This document shows, piece after piece, positions 29,944-39,795 of a stretch of 64,000 bases of DNA. Positions within the stretch are counted from its first letter, which is position 1; the number at the start of each line of letters is the position of its first letter. Made by a program: the position numbers and the translations under genes. Below the pieces are notes generated by a model, which searched no databases, was not told the DNA's origin, and worked only from the letters and a program-made list of their open reading frames with translations. Origin of the DNA: Leptolyngbyaceae cyanobacterium (GTDB lineage Bacteria; Cyanobacteriota; Cyanobacteriia; Phormidesmidales; Phormidesmidaceae); contig CBDHHL010000056.1 of NCBI GenBank assembly GCA_965263355.1, positions 416,001 through 480,000 on the forward strand. Direction: 5' to 3'.

Positions 29944-31500
29944 TTAAGGGGTATCTGAGTGAGTGTTGTAGTCGCTGCCACTGCCATAGACCAGGGCCTC
30001 TCGCCAGCGTCGCCAATAGTAACCAGCGTTTTTAGGTGAGGTGGACAATATCTGATTTAACAGACTGTAAACAGCCAAACTAAGATAGTGTCCAGTCCAG
30101 TCTAAAACGGCTGGAACACCGACTTGAGGCAAAATTTTGGCAACAAGCATAGGGTGATCAATGGAAGTCCTTAGCAACGTCTTTGCTAAGGGCAAAAACT
30201 GTACAACATCTTGCAGAAACGGGCGTAGTATCGGGTCACCCAAAGCAGCCATATCTTGAAAGATGATGGTTAGCAGGCTGTTTATTTGATGTTGATCAAG
30301 GGATTGATCGACACTAAGACTCATCGCTTTTTGGAATAACCAGGTTACTGCGATATTGGGTTGATAGGGTTGTAACCAGCCAAGGGCAGAAGCATTGAGC
30401 TGATCATACTTGAGCGCATCATCAATGCCTTCACCTAAGCGACCCAGGTGACGAATCATGGCACCAAAGCCACCAAAACTTAGAGGAGATTGGTGCCCAC
30501 TGGCATCTCCAACAGCCAAGACTCGGTCCCAAGAAAAACGTAAGGGACTATTGCGATAGGCTGGGAAAAACCCAAATAAGGCCCGCTTAAAATGGAGTTG
30601 CTCTAGGGAAACACCTTGGTAGTCGGGGAGTAGCTGAAAATAATCTTCAAATAGCTCGTTTAAGGTAAGCCGTTCGGGATGCGCATCGAGATAAGTAAAC
30701 AGATAAGTAGTACGACCATCGCGGGCAGGGAAAGCTTCCCAAAAATATTGACACTGATGCTTGATCGGTGTGAATGAGGTAATTAAGTCGCCGGTTTGAT
30801 TATGGCGATAACCAGTGGCGCAGGTACCCACAACAAGACAGACAGCATCCGGTTTTTCTCCCTGACGCGCCTGTTGCACCATGGGGGAGAAATGGCCCAT
30901 AGTGTCGATTAGCAAACGGGTGGTTAAGCTTTTTTTGCCAGCGGTTACCAAAACGCCATCTGGAGCCACCCGAGCCGTCGAGAATGGCGTCTGTTCCAGT
31001 AGTTCACCACCCGCCCCTAGAAAAACCTGTTTCAAGGTTTCCAGCAGGTACACTGGGTCAACACCCACATTCAGGACATCTTGCACCCAGAGATCATCAC
31101 CGCCATCAAAACAAATGCGGGCTGGATTATATTCCGTTGCGATCGCAATCTCTAAGTCAGCCTCACTTAAAAGGCCCAGTTCAACCAATGTACTTAACTC
31201 ACTACGAGAAATATTCCACTCCTGCTCTCGACCCTTCAGGATATTTCGTTCCAAAAGGGCTACTCGCCACCCACGACGCACCAATGTAGCCCCCAGTAAA
31301 ATACCAAGGGTGCCTCCACAGATAACGACATCATAGCTATCGACTTGCGTCTCCAAAGCTAAGGGAGCAGCCTGGACCGAGACCACATTAGGTATGGGAA
31401 TCTTGCCATGGCGATAGTCATGCCAGCGGGCATCAGCCCGCTGGAGACCGTTGTAGGGATTGCCAGAAAGGGATTGAAGGATAGTTTGGGTATGGGACAT
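29944..31500 (-). CDS. cruP: FAD-dependent lycopene-cyclase-family protein, CruP-like
   Basis: DVVICGGTLG, GREQEWNISR, QYFWEAFP, GDASGHQSPLSFGGFG, PFLQDVVQF; ~520 aa fits CruP. Confidence 0.72.
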   Translation of the reverse strand: MSHTQTILQSLSGNPYNGLQRADARWHDYRHGKIPIPNVVSVQAAPLALETQVDSYDVVICGGTLGILLGATLVRRGWRVALLERNILKGREQEWNISRSELSTLVELGLLSEADLEIAIATEYNPARICFDGGDDLWVQDVLNVGVDPVYLLETLKQVFLGAGGELLEQTPFSTARVAPDGVLVTAGKKSLTTRLLIDTMGHFSPMVQQARQGEKPDAVCLVVGTCATGYRHNQTGDLITSFTPIKHQCQYFWEAFPARDGRTTYLFTYLDAHPERLTLNELFEDYFQLLPDYQGVSLEQLHFKRALFGFFPAYRNSPLRFSWDRVLAVGDASGHQSPLSFGGFGAMIRHLGRLGEGIDDALKYDQLNASALGWLQPYQPNIAVTWLFQKAMSLSVDQSLDQHQINSLLTIIFQDMAALGDPILRPFLQDVVQFLPLAKTLLRTSIDHPMLVAKILPQVGVPAVLDWTGHYLSLAVYSLLNQILSTSPKNAGYYWRRWREALVYGSGSDYNTHSDTP

Positions 31501-31691
31501 GGAAAAAGGAGAGCAATGAAGCAGACAAGGGGATAAAGATAGGGAAGAAGGGGGGACGGTGTGCCCACCAACGGAAAAGAATCATGGAAACCCCGAAAAC
31601 AGACACCCATGATTTTCAGAAACACGGCAAATGAACATCACCCACCAAAAGGAAATAGGGTAAAACAGCCATATACCATCCAATCCAAAAA

Positions 31692-32573
31692 TCACACCCG
31701 TGTTTCCAACATTAAGGATGTCCCAACCCAATCACCCGTATCATCATAATCGCGCACAATGCGTTGGCGTTGTTGAGGCGAAAGATACCAACAAAGTTCT
31801 AAGCGGACATTCTGGTGTTGTGGTAGGTTGGGATAAATCATACAGCTCACACCACCAGGCAGCAGCCACAGTTGTAGCGACTGATCAATCGCTTGCCAAC
31901 GATGCTGATCAACTAGCGTGAATCGTTGCATCTTAAATCTCCGCTCCTCCCCCTCAGTGCCCCATGTTAGAAGTAGCTCATCGTTTGATTGTTGGGCCTG
32001 CCAGTAGCTGACATTCACTTGGGGTGTCTCCATCGTTGCCGGTAGATAGATACATTCCCCCCGCCATGTTCCTAGAAGATCGTCTAAACTCAAGCGAGTT
32101 TGCTCAGTTTTTGCCATCTCAGGGGAACGGTGTTCTGGAACTAGCGTGACATAATCGAGTGTATGTTGACCATCAGCAGTGCCCTTATACAGCTGAATCA
32201 AACGCATACGGCGGTTGTTGGCCAACAGAGAAAACTCAGCCCCAAAACTACTCAAAGGTCGACGCTGCATAGTACCTTGGGAGAATGCGCCTGTTGGGAA
32301 AAAACAAATATAGGGAACTGCACCGGGATATCCCAGTTCTCGCTCCATCACATGGGTATCTTTGCCCGGAGGAGTACGCTTTAACACCAGAGTCATATGT
32401 TGACCAGGGCAATCTTCTTGTAGAGTTAGCACACTTGGCGTCTCACTCATCCGGGTAGCCTCTGGAGAAAACCGAATAAATGAGCCGTACCACTGACCAA
32501 TATTTTTGCGAATGTAGGCCCATTGATCAGCAGCCCACAAATGCTTGATTGAGGTCCCCATAAAGAATGTCAT
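31692..32573 (-). CDS. DUF3598 family protein
   Basis: QWAYIRKNIGQWYGSF, GAFSQG, FGAEF, DDLLGTWRG, LPGG, RQRIVRDYDDTGDW. Confidence 0.82.
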   Translation of the reverse strand: MTFFMGTSIKHLWAADQWAYIRKNIGQWYGSFIRFSPEATRMSETPSVLTLQEDCPGQHMTLVLKRTPPGKDTHVMERELGYPGAVPYICFFPTGAFSQGTMQRRPLSSFGAEFSLLANNRRMRLIQLYKGTADGQHTLDYVTLVPEHRSPEMAKTEQTRLSLDDLLGTWRGECIYLPATMETPQVNVSYWQAQQSNDELLLTWGTEGEERRFKMQRFTLVDQHRWQAIDQSLQLWLLPGGVSCMIYPNLPQHQNVRLELCWYLSPQQRQRIVRDYDDTGDWVGTSLMLETRV

Positions 32574-32688
32574 TTTTTCTTAAGTTTTAAGTTGGTATAT
32601 CAACCAACATCAACCGCCCTACTTATTGTACGGGGTGCCGTCTACCCTATAAAAGTGTGTTTTTACACCCTAGGGTCCTAAACTTGCA

Positions 32689-33621
32689 ATGAGAGTTCAC
32701 GAGTTTCTGCAGCTATACGAATCGGGGCACCGAAATTTTAAGGGGGTCAACCTCAGTGGTGCTGATTTGTCAAACTGTATTTTAGTCAATGTTGATTTGT
32801 CTGGTGCCGATCTTACAGGGGTCAACTTCAGTCGAGCTTTTCTGACCAAAGGGCAATTTGTTGAAGCCCAGCTTCAGCGCGCAAATCTGCAGTTTGCCAA
32901 ACTGAGTGAAAGTAACTTTAAGCGTGCTAATCTTACCAAAGCTCAGGGGCGTGGCGCATTTTGGGTTAAATCCGAACTCTCCCACGCCCGCATAAGTGGT
33001 GCCCAATTGGCCCATGTAAACTTTCGCCAAAGCAGTTTGCACTGTACTAACTTCTGCGGTGCAGCCCTACCAGGGGTGAATCTGAGAGAAGCCCAATTGA
33101 GAGGAGCCAATTTGGCTTGGGCCAATCTCAGCTATGCTCGGCTTTATGGTGCTGATATTACTGCGGTTCAGTTTAATGGCGCTTATCTAGAAGGGGCTCG
33201 ACTGAATGGCCTAAACTTTCAAGGGTCTGACCTGAACGGCATTAATTTTTCCCACGCCCATATGAAGGGTGCAAGTTTACAAAAGACTAACCTTACAGCA
33301 GCCAATTTTTCGTTTGCCCAGATGCAGCATGCCAATCTGCAGCAGGCAAAAATGGCGGGAGTAAACTTGTACTACACTCAATTACAACGTGCCAATCTTA
33401 TTGATGCCGATCTCAGTCGTGCCAACATTGACCAGGCAGATTTAACCGATGTCATATTTGCCAACCCAATGATGGCAGCCTCTGGCGCAACGGCTATAAG
33501 TGCTAATCAAGGTCTACTTAACCGAAAACCACTTGCTATTCCCTCATTCCAAACACAACAGACACCAACAATAGCTCCTAACCTAACCATAGGGCTATTG
33601 CCAACCATTATGCTTAGATAA
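32689..33621 (+). CDS. Pentapeptide repeat protein
   Basis: YESGHRNF start followed by tandem A(D/N)Lxx repeats. Confidence 0.9.
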   Translation: MRVHEFLQLYESGHRNFKGVNLSGADLSNCILVNVDLSGADLTGVNFSRAFLTKGQFVEAQLQRANLQFAKLSESNFKRANLTKAQGRGAFWVKSELSHARISGAQLAHVNFRQSSLHCTNFCGAALPGVNLREAQLRGANLAWANLSYARLYGADITAVQFNGAYLEGARLNGLNFQGSDLNGINFSHAHMKGASLQKTNLTAANFSFAQMQHANLQQAKMAGVNLYYTQLQRANLIDADLSRANIDQADLTDVIFANPMMAASGATAISANQGLLNRKPLAIPSFQTQQTPTIAPNLTIGLLPTIMLR

Positions 33622-33659
33622 ACTGATCCACCTCTGACGCCTTACTGAATGATTTATTT

Positions 33660-33983
33660 ATGGCTTTTTCATCTCAACTAGGTCTTGTACTGGTTACAAC
33701 TGCCTCCGAGGCTGAAGCCCATACCATTGCGAAGGGGCTCATCGATGCTCGCTTGGCAGCCTGTGTAACCCTCACGCCGATTCAGTCAATCTATCGCTGG
33801 CAAGGGGACATTCAAAGTGATGCTGAATATCAGCTCATGATTAAAACCGACTTAGCTTTGTTTGAGCAAATCGCCACCCAAATCGCACAACAGCACAGCT
33901 ATGATTTACCTGAAATTATTGCTGTGCCTATGGTTAAGAGTACGACAGAGTATGGACAATGGATAAGGGAACAAATTTTGTAG
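33660..33983 (+). CDS. cutA: Divalent-cation tolerance protein CutA
   Basis: RLAACV, SIYRWQG, EYQLMIKT, HSYDLPEII, YGQW. Confidence 0.93.
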   Translation: MAFSSQLGLVLVTTASEAEAHTIAKGLIDARLAACVTLTPIQSIYRWQGDIQSDAEYQLMIKTDLALFEQIATQIAQQHSYDLPEIIAVPMVKSTTEYGQWIREQIL

Positions 33984-34007
33984 TGGCGTTACATGCAACG
34001 CCACTAC
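33980..34007. repeat. GTAG-type REP palindrome between convergent genes
   Basis: GTAGTGGCGTT-ACATGC-AACGCCACTAC. Confidence 0.65.
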
Positions 34008-34616
34008 TCAAAACAGCTTAGCTGTTTGGGCCTGAACATTGTACTCATACCGTGTCTTATAGTCAGTCACTCCATAAAGGTTAAAGGAGATTGTCGGTTC
34101 ATCTCCTAAAGGCTCTACCTGATGAATTGCACCGGAGGTGAAGCCAATAATATCTCCAGGGACTAAGATTTGTTCACCAGCCGATTCTAAGCGATGGGGC
34201 TGTTCTGCAGTTGGTGAACGTCGCCACAGTCGATTTCTTTCTTCACCGCCAATTAGTGCAACAATTCCCCAAGTCCCATGGTTATGAATTGTCGATAATT
34301 GGCCAGGGGCCCAAGCCACCATCTGCAAAGTCAGCGGAAATTCATACTCTCGGTATAAAAATTTCACAGACCACCCAGTTTTTGGTGAGGGTGGATCATA
34401 TTCCATCTGTAGCCAGTAAGAACTAATTAAAAGCTGACGCACAAGAGGCGTAATCTTCTGAATCCGAATGCTATCATCGCTCTCGTCCGCCAGAATATCT
34501 TCTAAATCAGTCAAAAATCGATACAGGCGATAGACTTGCTCTGGAGGGTTTATATCGACGTCTCCAAACGTAGTTTGCCGACTGTCGTCATTAACTAACC
34601 AGTTGTGGTTCGTCAT
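34008..34616 (-). CDS. Cupin, cysteine-dioxygenase-like
   Basis: WAPGQLSTIHNHGTWG and IHQV (3-His), SFNLYG. Confidence 0.8.
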   Translation of the reverse strand: MTNHNWLVNDDSRQTTFGDVDINPPEQVYRLYRFLTDLEDILADESDDSIRIQKITPLVRQLLISSYWLQMEYDPPSPKTGWSVKFLYREYEFPLTLQMVAWAPGQLSTIHNHGTWGIVALIGGEERNRLWRRSPTAEQPHRLESAGEQILVPGDIIGFTSGAIHQVEPLGDEPTISFNLYGVTDYKTRYEYNVQAQTAKLF

Positions 34617-34965
34617 AGGCGGATGGAAAAAGTGGATTTACGGTGCCGACAGCTTCATCTTAGATTTTTAAAGAGACGAAGATACAGCCACAGGTTTACA
34701 TCTTGAACATTGCTCCACTGTAACAATGTTATACGAAAGAAACGTTTAATCTTGTTACAGCCTTATATCAATAGCCTATGCCTAATCATTAGACTTAAGC
34801 TCTAATGGTCTAAACGCAGCCAATGTCTAATAGGCATAAAGTTCAGCCATGGCTATGGCAGAGGAGTGATTGACTTGCTTGGCAAGATATAAATAGTGCC
34901 AATGTTAGGGAATCTTCCATATAACAATTAACTCTTTTCAATGCCCCAAAACGCTTTTGCTACGT

Positions 34966-35931
34966 ATGTTTAATTTACGCTCACAACGAAACCTTAGTCG
35001 GCCTTTGGTCTGGATACTGCTTGCGGTTTCCCTGATAACTGGATGTGGCCAAGCCAACTCACAGGTAGACGTGAGCGATGACAGTAATCCAGAGGGGCAA
35101 GATAGTCGCTGCGTTAAGGGGTCTGCATACATTAAACGAGGCAGCTACATTGCTGGCAGTAACCAAGAAGAACGGGATTATGCCTATCGCATTTCAGCTG
35201 AGGCCTTAGCGGATACCCCTGACGAAATTGCAGATGTAGAAACACGATTACGGCAGCAACGATGGTTTGATTTTGAACCTGACCAAGCCAAGCGGCGCAT
35301 GGCTGCATTCTGTATCAACCGCAATTTGGTTACCAATGAAGAGTATCAGGAGTTTGTACTAGCAACTGGCTATCATCAACCTGGAATTACTGCAGAAAAC
35401 TACCAAGAGCAAAATATGCTGGTACATTCCTACCAGGATTTACGGCCCTACTTTTGGCGAAGCTTTCAGTTCCCGCCAGGCAAAGCGAATCATCCAGTAG
35501 TACTCGTGTCTCAGAAAGATGCGTTGGCTTACGCTGCTTGGAAAAGTCAAGAAGACGGCGTGGAGTATCGCTTACCTACAGCAGATGAGTGGGAAAAAGC
35601 CGCCCGTGGTAGTGATGGTCGTTACTTTACCTGGGGGAATGGTTGGCGAGCTCAAGGGACTAACTGGCAAAAGCATGGTCCAGAAGGAACTAGTCGAGTC
35701 GGAGCCTATCCCCTCAGCAAAAGCATTTACGGTGTAGAAGATATGGCTGGAAATGTTTTTGAATTTACGTCCACGGTGTATACCCAAGACAGCCAAGAAC
35801 GCGCGATTATGAAAGGCTGCGCTTGGGATGATCTGCCAGGATTTTGTCGTACGGCCTACCGCCATGGACGACCTACGACCTATCGCCATATTTTATTTGG
35901 CTTTCGTCTAGTGTCCGATGCCCAGCGTTGA
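34966..35931 (+). CDS. SUMF1/FGE-sulfatase family lipoprotein
   Basis: Lipobox LITGC, VTNEEY, HPVVLVS..DA.AY, RLPTADEWEKAARG, DMAGNVFE, GFRLV. Confidence 0.87.
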   Translation: MFNLRSQRNLSRPLVWILLAVSLITGCGQANSQVDVSDDSNPEGQDSRCVKGSAYIKRGSYIAGSNQEERDYAYRISAEALADTPDEIADVETRLRQQRWFDFEPDQAKRRMAAFCINRNLVTNEEYQEFVLATGYHQPGITAENYQEQNMLVHSYQDLRPYFWRSFQFPPGKANHPVVLVSQKDALAYAAWKSQEDGVEYRLPTADEWEKAARGSDGRYFTWGNGWRAQGTNWQKHGPEGTSRVGAYPLSKSIYGVEDMAGNVFEFTSTVYTQDSQERAIMKGCAWDDLPGFCRTAYRHGRPTTYRHILFGFRLVSDAQR

Positions 35932-35969
35932 TTGTAGGGGCGTTCCATGGAACGCCCCTACAATCAACG
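35926..35969. repeat. Perfect 44-bp GTAG-type REP palindrome
   Basis: cgttgattgtaggggcgttcca|tggaacgcccctacaatcaacg; related copy at 60665-60698. Confidence 0.8.
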
Positions 35970-36119
35970 GATAAGGCGAAAATACTCGACTTTCAGCTAA
36001 TTAGAAGCTTTTTCTCAGGCTTAATTAATATTTACCTTAAAAAATTATTATGGGACTAATGTGTCGATTTGGTTTCGGCTGCATTATCATCTGTTCAATG
36101 CTTTAAGAGGAGCCCTCTA

Positions 36120-36350
36120 ATGAAAGTTAATTATTTAGCAGCTGTTGCAGCTGCTTCTGTGCTAAGTGTTGGTGTCTTAACTGGTTGTGGCGGCGGTGCA
36201 AACCCCTGTGCAGCTGACCCCTGTGCAGGAACTACCGAAGTTGCTCCCTGTGCAGCTCCCTGTGCAGCTGATCCTTGTGCAGCTGACCCCTGTGCAGCCG
36301 ATCCTTGTGCAGCTGACCCCTGTGCAGCTGACCCCTGTGCTGGTAGCTAA
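36120..36350 (+). CDS. 76-aa lipoprotein built of (AADPC)-type Cys-Pro repeats
   Basis: RBS AAGAGGAG, ATG 36120, lipobox LTGC, nine Pro-Cys motifs, synonymous variation between 15-bp repeat units, own terminator. Confidence 0.8.
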   Translation: MKVNYLAAVAAASVLSVGVLTGCGGGANPCAADPCAGTTEVAPCAAPCAADPCAADPCAADPCAADPCAADPCAGS

Positions 36351-36393
36351 CCCTTAAGGACGATTCAGAAGTAACTGGATACTGTACAAATTT

Positions 36394-36427
36394 GGCTTCC
36401 TGGAATTATTTTCAGGGAGCCTTTGTT
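36394..36427 (+). terminator. Rho-independent terminator after the Cys-repeat gene
   Basis: GGCTTCCTGGAA-TTAT-TTTCAGGGAGCC followed by TTTGTT. Confidence 0.65.
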
Positions 36428-36469
36428 ATGGTGGCCTTGTCTTGGCTATCACTACTGGGAGATTGCCCC

Positions 36470-37342
36470 ATGAAGGTTGCATTTATTGGCCTCGGTACTA
36501 TGGGAACCCCCATGGCGCTGAACTTACTAGCTGCAGGTCAGCATCTCACTGTTCACAATCGCAGTCGCGATCGCGAACTGCCCCTAGCCGAGGCCGGGGC
36601 TCAACGGGCCGACACCCCGGCCTCAGCCGCTACAGAGGCTGACATTACCATCATTTGCGTGAGCGATACCCCCGATGTAGAAGCCGTAGTTTTAGGTCCC
36701 GAGGGGGTGCTCACAGGGGCACAACCCAATAGTCTGGTGATCGACATGTCCACCATTAGCCCCACCGCAACTCGAGCCATTGCTGCTCAGCTAGCCGAAC
36801 GACACATTGCCATGCTCGATGCCCCTGTATCCGGTGGCTCAGAAGGCGCAAAAAATGGCACCCTGTCCATCATGGTGGGTGGCGAAGCCGACCAGTTGAC
36901 TAAGGCCATGCCTGTACTACAAGCCATGGGCAAAACCATTACCCACGTCGGCCCGATTGGGGCCGGACAAACCACTAAAGCCATTAACCAAATCGTGGTA
37001 GCAGGCACCTTTTGGGCTGTTGCTGAAGGGCTGGCCCTCGGCCTCAAAGCAGAACTAGACATGGAAAAAGTTGTCCAGGCCGTTGGCGGTGGTGCAGCTG
37101 GCTCCTGGGCTTTTACTAACCGCTCTAACAATATGCTGGACAATACCTATCCGCTCGGGTTTCGTATGCGGCTGCATCGCAAGGACCTATTAATTGCCCT
37201 GGAAACGGCTAGAGAACTGGGACTGCCCTTGCCCATGGCAGCTTATGTGGAGCAGATTGAAAACGGTCTGATCGCCCAAGGCTTTGGTGATGAGGATATG
37301 TCAGCGATTGCCCGCAGCTTACGGGAAATGGGAGGGATTTGA
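36470..37342 (+). CDS. Beta-hydroxyacid dehydrogenase (3-hydroxyisobutyrate / tartronate-semialdehyde reductase family)
   Basis: MKVAFIGLGTMG, IDMSTISP, LDAPVSGG, GQTTKAINQ, KDL. ATG 36470 preferred over the track TTG at 36392, which lies in the upstream terminator. Confidence 0.9.
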   Translation: MKVAFIGLGTMGTPMALNLLAAGQHLTVHNRSRDRELPLAEAGAQRADTPASAATEADITIICVSDTPDVEAVVLGPEGVLTGAQPNSLVIDMSTISPTATRAIAAQLAERHIAMLDAPVSGGSEGAKNGTLSIMVGGEADQLTKAMPVLQAMGKTITHVGPIGAGQTTKAINQIVVAGTFWAVAEGLALGLKAELDMEKVVQAVGGGAAGSWAFTNRSNNMLDNTYPLGFRMRLHRKDLLIALETARELGLPLPMAAYVEQIENGLIAQGFGDEDMSAIARSLREMGGI

Positions 37343-37353
37343 GCCCCACTGTC

Positions 37354-38883
37354 CTAAGGCACCCCAATGGTCGTGATGTAGAGTACCGCTTCATCCTCAG
37401 GGATACCCAGCACATCATTCACCTGGTCATCAAAGAAACCAGCAATCCCACTGACCCCCAGGCCTAACCGAGTTGCAGCCAGATTTAACCGCTGGCCCAA
37501 ATGGCCAGCATCCATGTGCAAATAACGATAAGCGCGATCGCAATGGCGCTCAATGGCCAGTTTCAAATTAGCCGTATGAATAATTGCCACACTCGCATCA
37601 CGCCCTAAGTTCTGTTCCAAGCAAAGGTGGTGCAGCTCTCGCCGAAAATGCTTAAACCGGACCTGACGTAGGGTGGATGCGGCTGGATCGTAGTAATAGC
37701 ATCCAGTATCCAGATTATTTACCCCTAGCACCACGATAAACGTTTGAATTAGGCTCAGATCAAAATAATCAGGCTGAGCATCAAACCCCTGATCCCTGTA
37801 ATTTTCAGGACAATAGGTAAAGTCTAGCAACTGTCTTAGCGGGTCCAGGGCAATTGCTGCACCGCGATAGCGACGGGTGGAGCGGCGATACAAGATAGCC
37901 TTAGTCAGGTATTCCATGCCCTCCCCCCAATCAATCGGCACCACCTGAGTACTGGCATTATTACCAAACGGAAACGCATATTGAGCCCCCAACCGCTGGG
38001 GGGGATGATCTAACTGCGCCTGGGTCAAACTTTTATCTGGCTGAGGCGTAATTTTGCTGGCTTGATGTAGCGCCTCTAGTAACTGCTCATCATCCGGTGG
38101 CCCATCATCCAATGAATACGAATCCCTCGGCAAATCACTGGGCAATGCCGTGCAACCTCGAGGTAAATTTTGCTCAACCTGCAGTAGATCGGCCAACGCC
38201 AGGACTGCGATCGCACCCTCCTCCTGTCGCTCCAGATAGAGCAAATCATTCACCGCATCGTCCACAAAACCACCGATCAGATGGGGGCGATAGTCACATA
38301 GCGATGCGGCCAGCTCAAGATTGCCCAATAGGTGCCCCGTATCTAGACAAACCCGGCGATAGGCTCGCGCCTGATAACGCCAAGCAGACCGCTGAAAAAC
38401 AACACTGGCCACAATTGCCAGATGGGTATGCTCTAGCGCCGGGTGCCAAAAACAGGCCTCCTGTAACCGCTGCCAGGGATAATCATCCCAAAACCGCACT
38501 AAACTATGGGTTTTAACCTGATAGTTATACAAACCTGCCGGTAATTGGGAGGTCCCACGGGAAATCAAATAAATCTCTGCCGGATATAAAGCCCCTGCCG
38601 ACGGCGCAGACCGCAAATAGACCGCTTCCCCTGCCGTGGTGGTAAATTTAGCCGTCAGCCCGTAACTATGGAACAAAAATTGCGATAGCCGCTGCCACCA
38701 TTGGTCGCCAGATCGCTCCACTAGCCCCAGATACCCTTGCAAATCAAACCGACTGCCGAGGGGATAATTTTTGTACACCGCAGGCTGCTCAGCCCAGTTC
38801 AAAGTCCCTCGGGGCAAGGCATCAGGAAAATATTTAGTGCGCTGGTGATAGTGCTGAGCGAGAGAATGGGATGCCTCAGTCAT
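37354..38883 (-). CDS. SagB/ThcOx-type double nitroreductase-domain (FMN) protein
   Basis: YHQRTKY, LRSAPSAGALYPAEIY, RAYRRVCLDTGH, RRSTRRY, RAYRYLHMDAGHLGQ, GFFDD. Confidence 0.88.
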   Translation of the reverse strand: MTEASHSLAQHYHQRTKYFPDALPRGTLNWAEQPAVYKNYPLGSRFDLQGYLGLVERSGDQWWQRLSQFLFHSYGLTAKFTTTAGEAVYLRSAPSAGALYPAEIYLISRGTSQLPAGLYNYQVKTHSLVRFWDDYPWQRLQEACFWHPALEHTHLAIVASVVFQRSAWRYQARAYRRVCLDTGHLLGNLELAASLCDYRPHLIGGFVDDAVNDLLYLERQEEGAIAVLALADLLQVEQNLPRGCTALPSDLPRDSYSLDDGPPDDEQLLEALHQASKITPQPDKSLTQAQLDHPPQRLGAQYAFPFGNNASTQVVPIDWGEGMEYLTKAILYRRSTRRYRGAAIALDPLRQLLDFTYCPENYRDQGFDAQPDYFDLSLIQTFIVVLGVNNLDTGCYYYDPAASTLRQVRFKHFRRELHHLCLEQNLGRDASVAIIHTANLKLAIERHCDRAYRYLHMDAGHLGQRLNLAATRLGLGVSGIAGFFDDQVNDVLGIPEDEAVLYITTIGVP

Positions 38884-39052
38884 GGCAGTGCAGTGCAGCT
38901 ATGTAGTTTATCAATCATGTCTAAGTTGAAATCTGTAGGGTCTTCTACGGCAAAACTCCATCTTCTGGACATGGACAAGGCCTATATTTCTAAGGCCGAG
39001 GATGCCTCCAAAAACCTTAAGTGACGCTTAAGAAAGCTCTTTTTTTACGATA

Positions 39053-39068
39053 TGTATCGTAATTTACA
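39053..39068. promoter_or_regulatory. Candidate NtcA box
   Basis: TGTATCGTAATTTACA matches TGTA-N8-TACA in a divergent intergenic region. Confidence 0.5.
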
Positions 39069-39174
39069 TTCTGTAATATATTATCCCTGGTTGCCAAGGA
39101 CTTCCAGATTAAAGCTTATTTGGCCTGTCACCCCCACCCGGTCGCTTCCAGTTATTTCGATGTAGATAAAGTGT

Positions 39175-39705
39175 ATGACAGTTGATGAATTCTTAGCCGC
39201 CTATCAAGCTGGGAAACGTGACTTTCAAGGCATTGTGTTAGAGTCAGCCAATTTATTTGATTGCGATATACGTAACTCTGACTTTAGCGGTGCCCAGCTA
39301 CAGGACGCTTATTTACCTTATGCCAAACTGCTACGGGCACGGTTAAACCAGGCCATTCTGACTAGAGCCAATATGGGCAATGCTTTTTTACAAGCAGCAA
39401 ATCTATCGGAAGCTAACCTCCAAGAGGCTGTCCTGTCCTATGGCAATCTGCGGGGTGCTATTTTGTGCGATGCAAATTTGTATCAAGCCAATCTTTACAG
39501 GGCCGACTTAACCGGGGCCGATTTAACTGGAGCCGATCTGCGTCAGGTAAACCTGAATCGAGCTAACCTAGCTAATGCTCAGTTAACCAAGGCCGACCTG
39601 CGGGGAGCTAATTTATTTCGCGCACAGCAGGTAGATTTAAGTGATGCAATTTGCGATCGCACCACCATCGGCCCTGAAGGCTATCCTTTAGAAGATATTG
39701 ATTAA
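39175..39705 (+). CDS. Pentapeptide repeat protein
   Basis: YQAGKRDF start, A(D/N)L repeats, terminal TIGPEG. Confidence 0.9.
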   Translation: MTVDEFLAAYQAGKRDFQGIVLESANLFDCDIRNSDFSGAQLQDAYLPYAKLLRARLNQAILTRANMGNAFLQAANLSEANLQEAVLSYGNLRGAILCDANLYQANLYRADLTGADLTGADLRQVNLNRANLANAQLTKADLRGANLFRAQQVDLSDAICDRTTIGPEGYPLEDID

Positions 39706-39795
39706 CTGTAAAGGCTTTCCATGTCTCTACAATTAATCTTCTAACAGGTATGCTATGAGCAGTCTTTAAGACCCACCTGACATTCCTCTGTCCCT

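Noticed and set aside
29924..29987. Apparent 44-bp overlap between the cruP-like and SirB1 genes
   Set aside because: The overlap disappears if SirB1 starts at ATG 29924.
36392..36469. 26-aa N-terminal extension of the dehydrogenase
   Set aside because: It overlaps the upstream terminator, and the Rossmann motif begins right at ATG 36470.
36120..38883. Thiazole/oxazole (TOMM/cyanobactin) cluster of the Cys peptide plus the SagB-like gene
   Set aside because: No YcaO cyclodehydratase, protease or transporter is present; the genes are convergent and separated by a dehydrogenase; standalone SagB-like genes are common in cyanobacteria.
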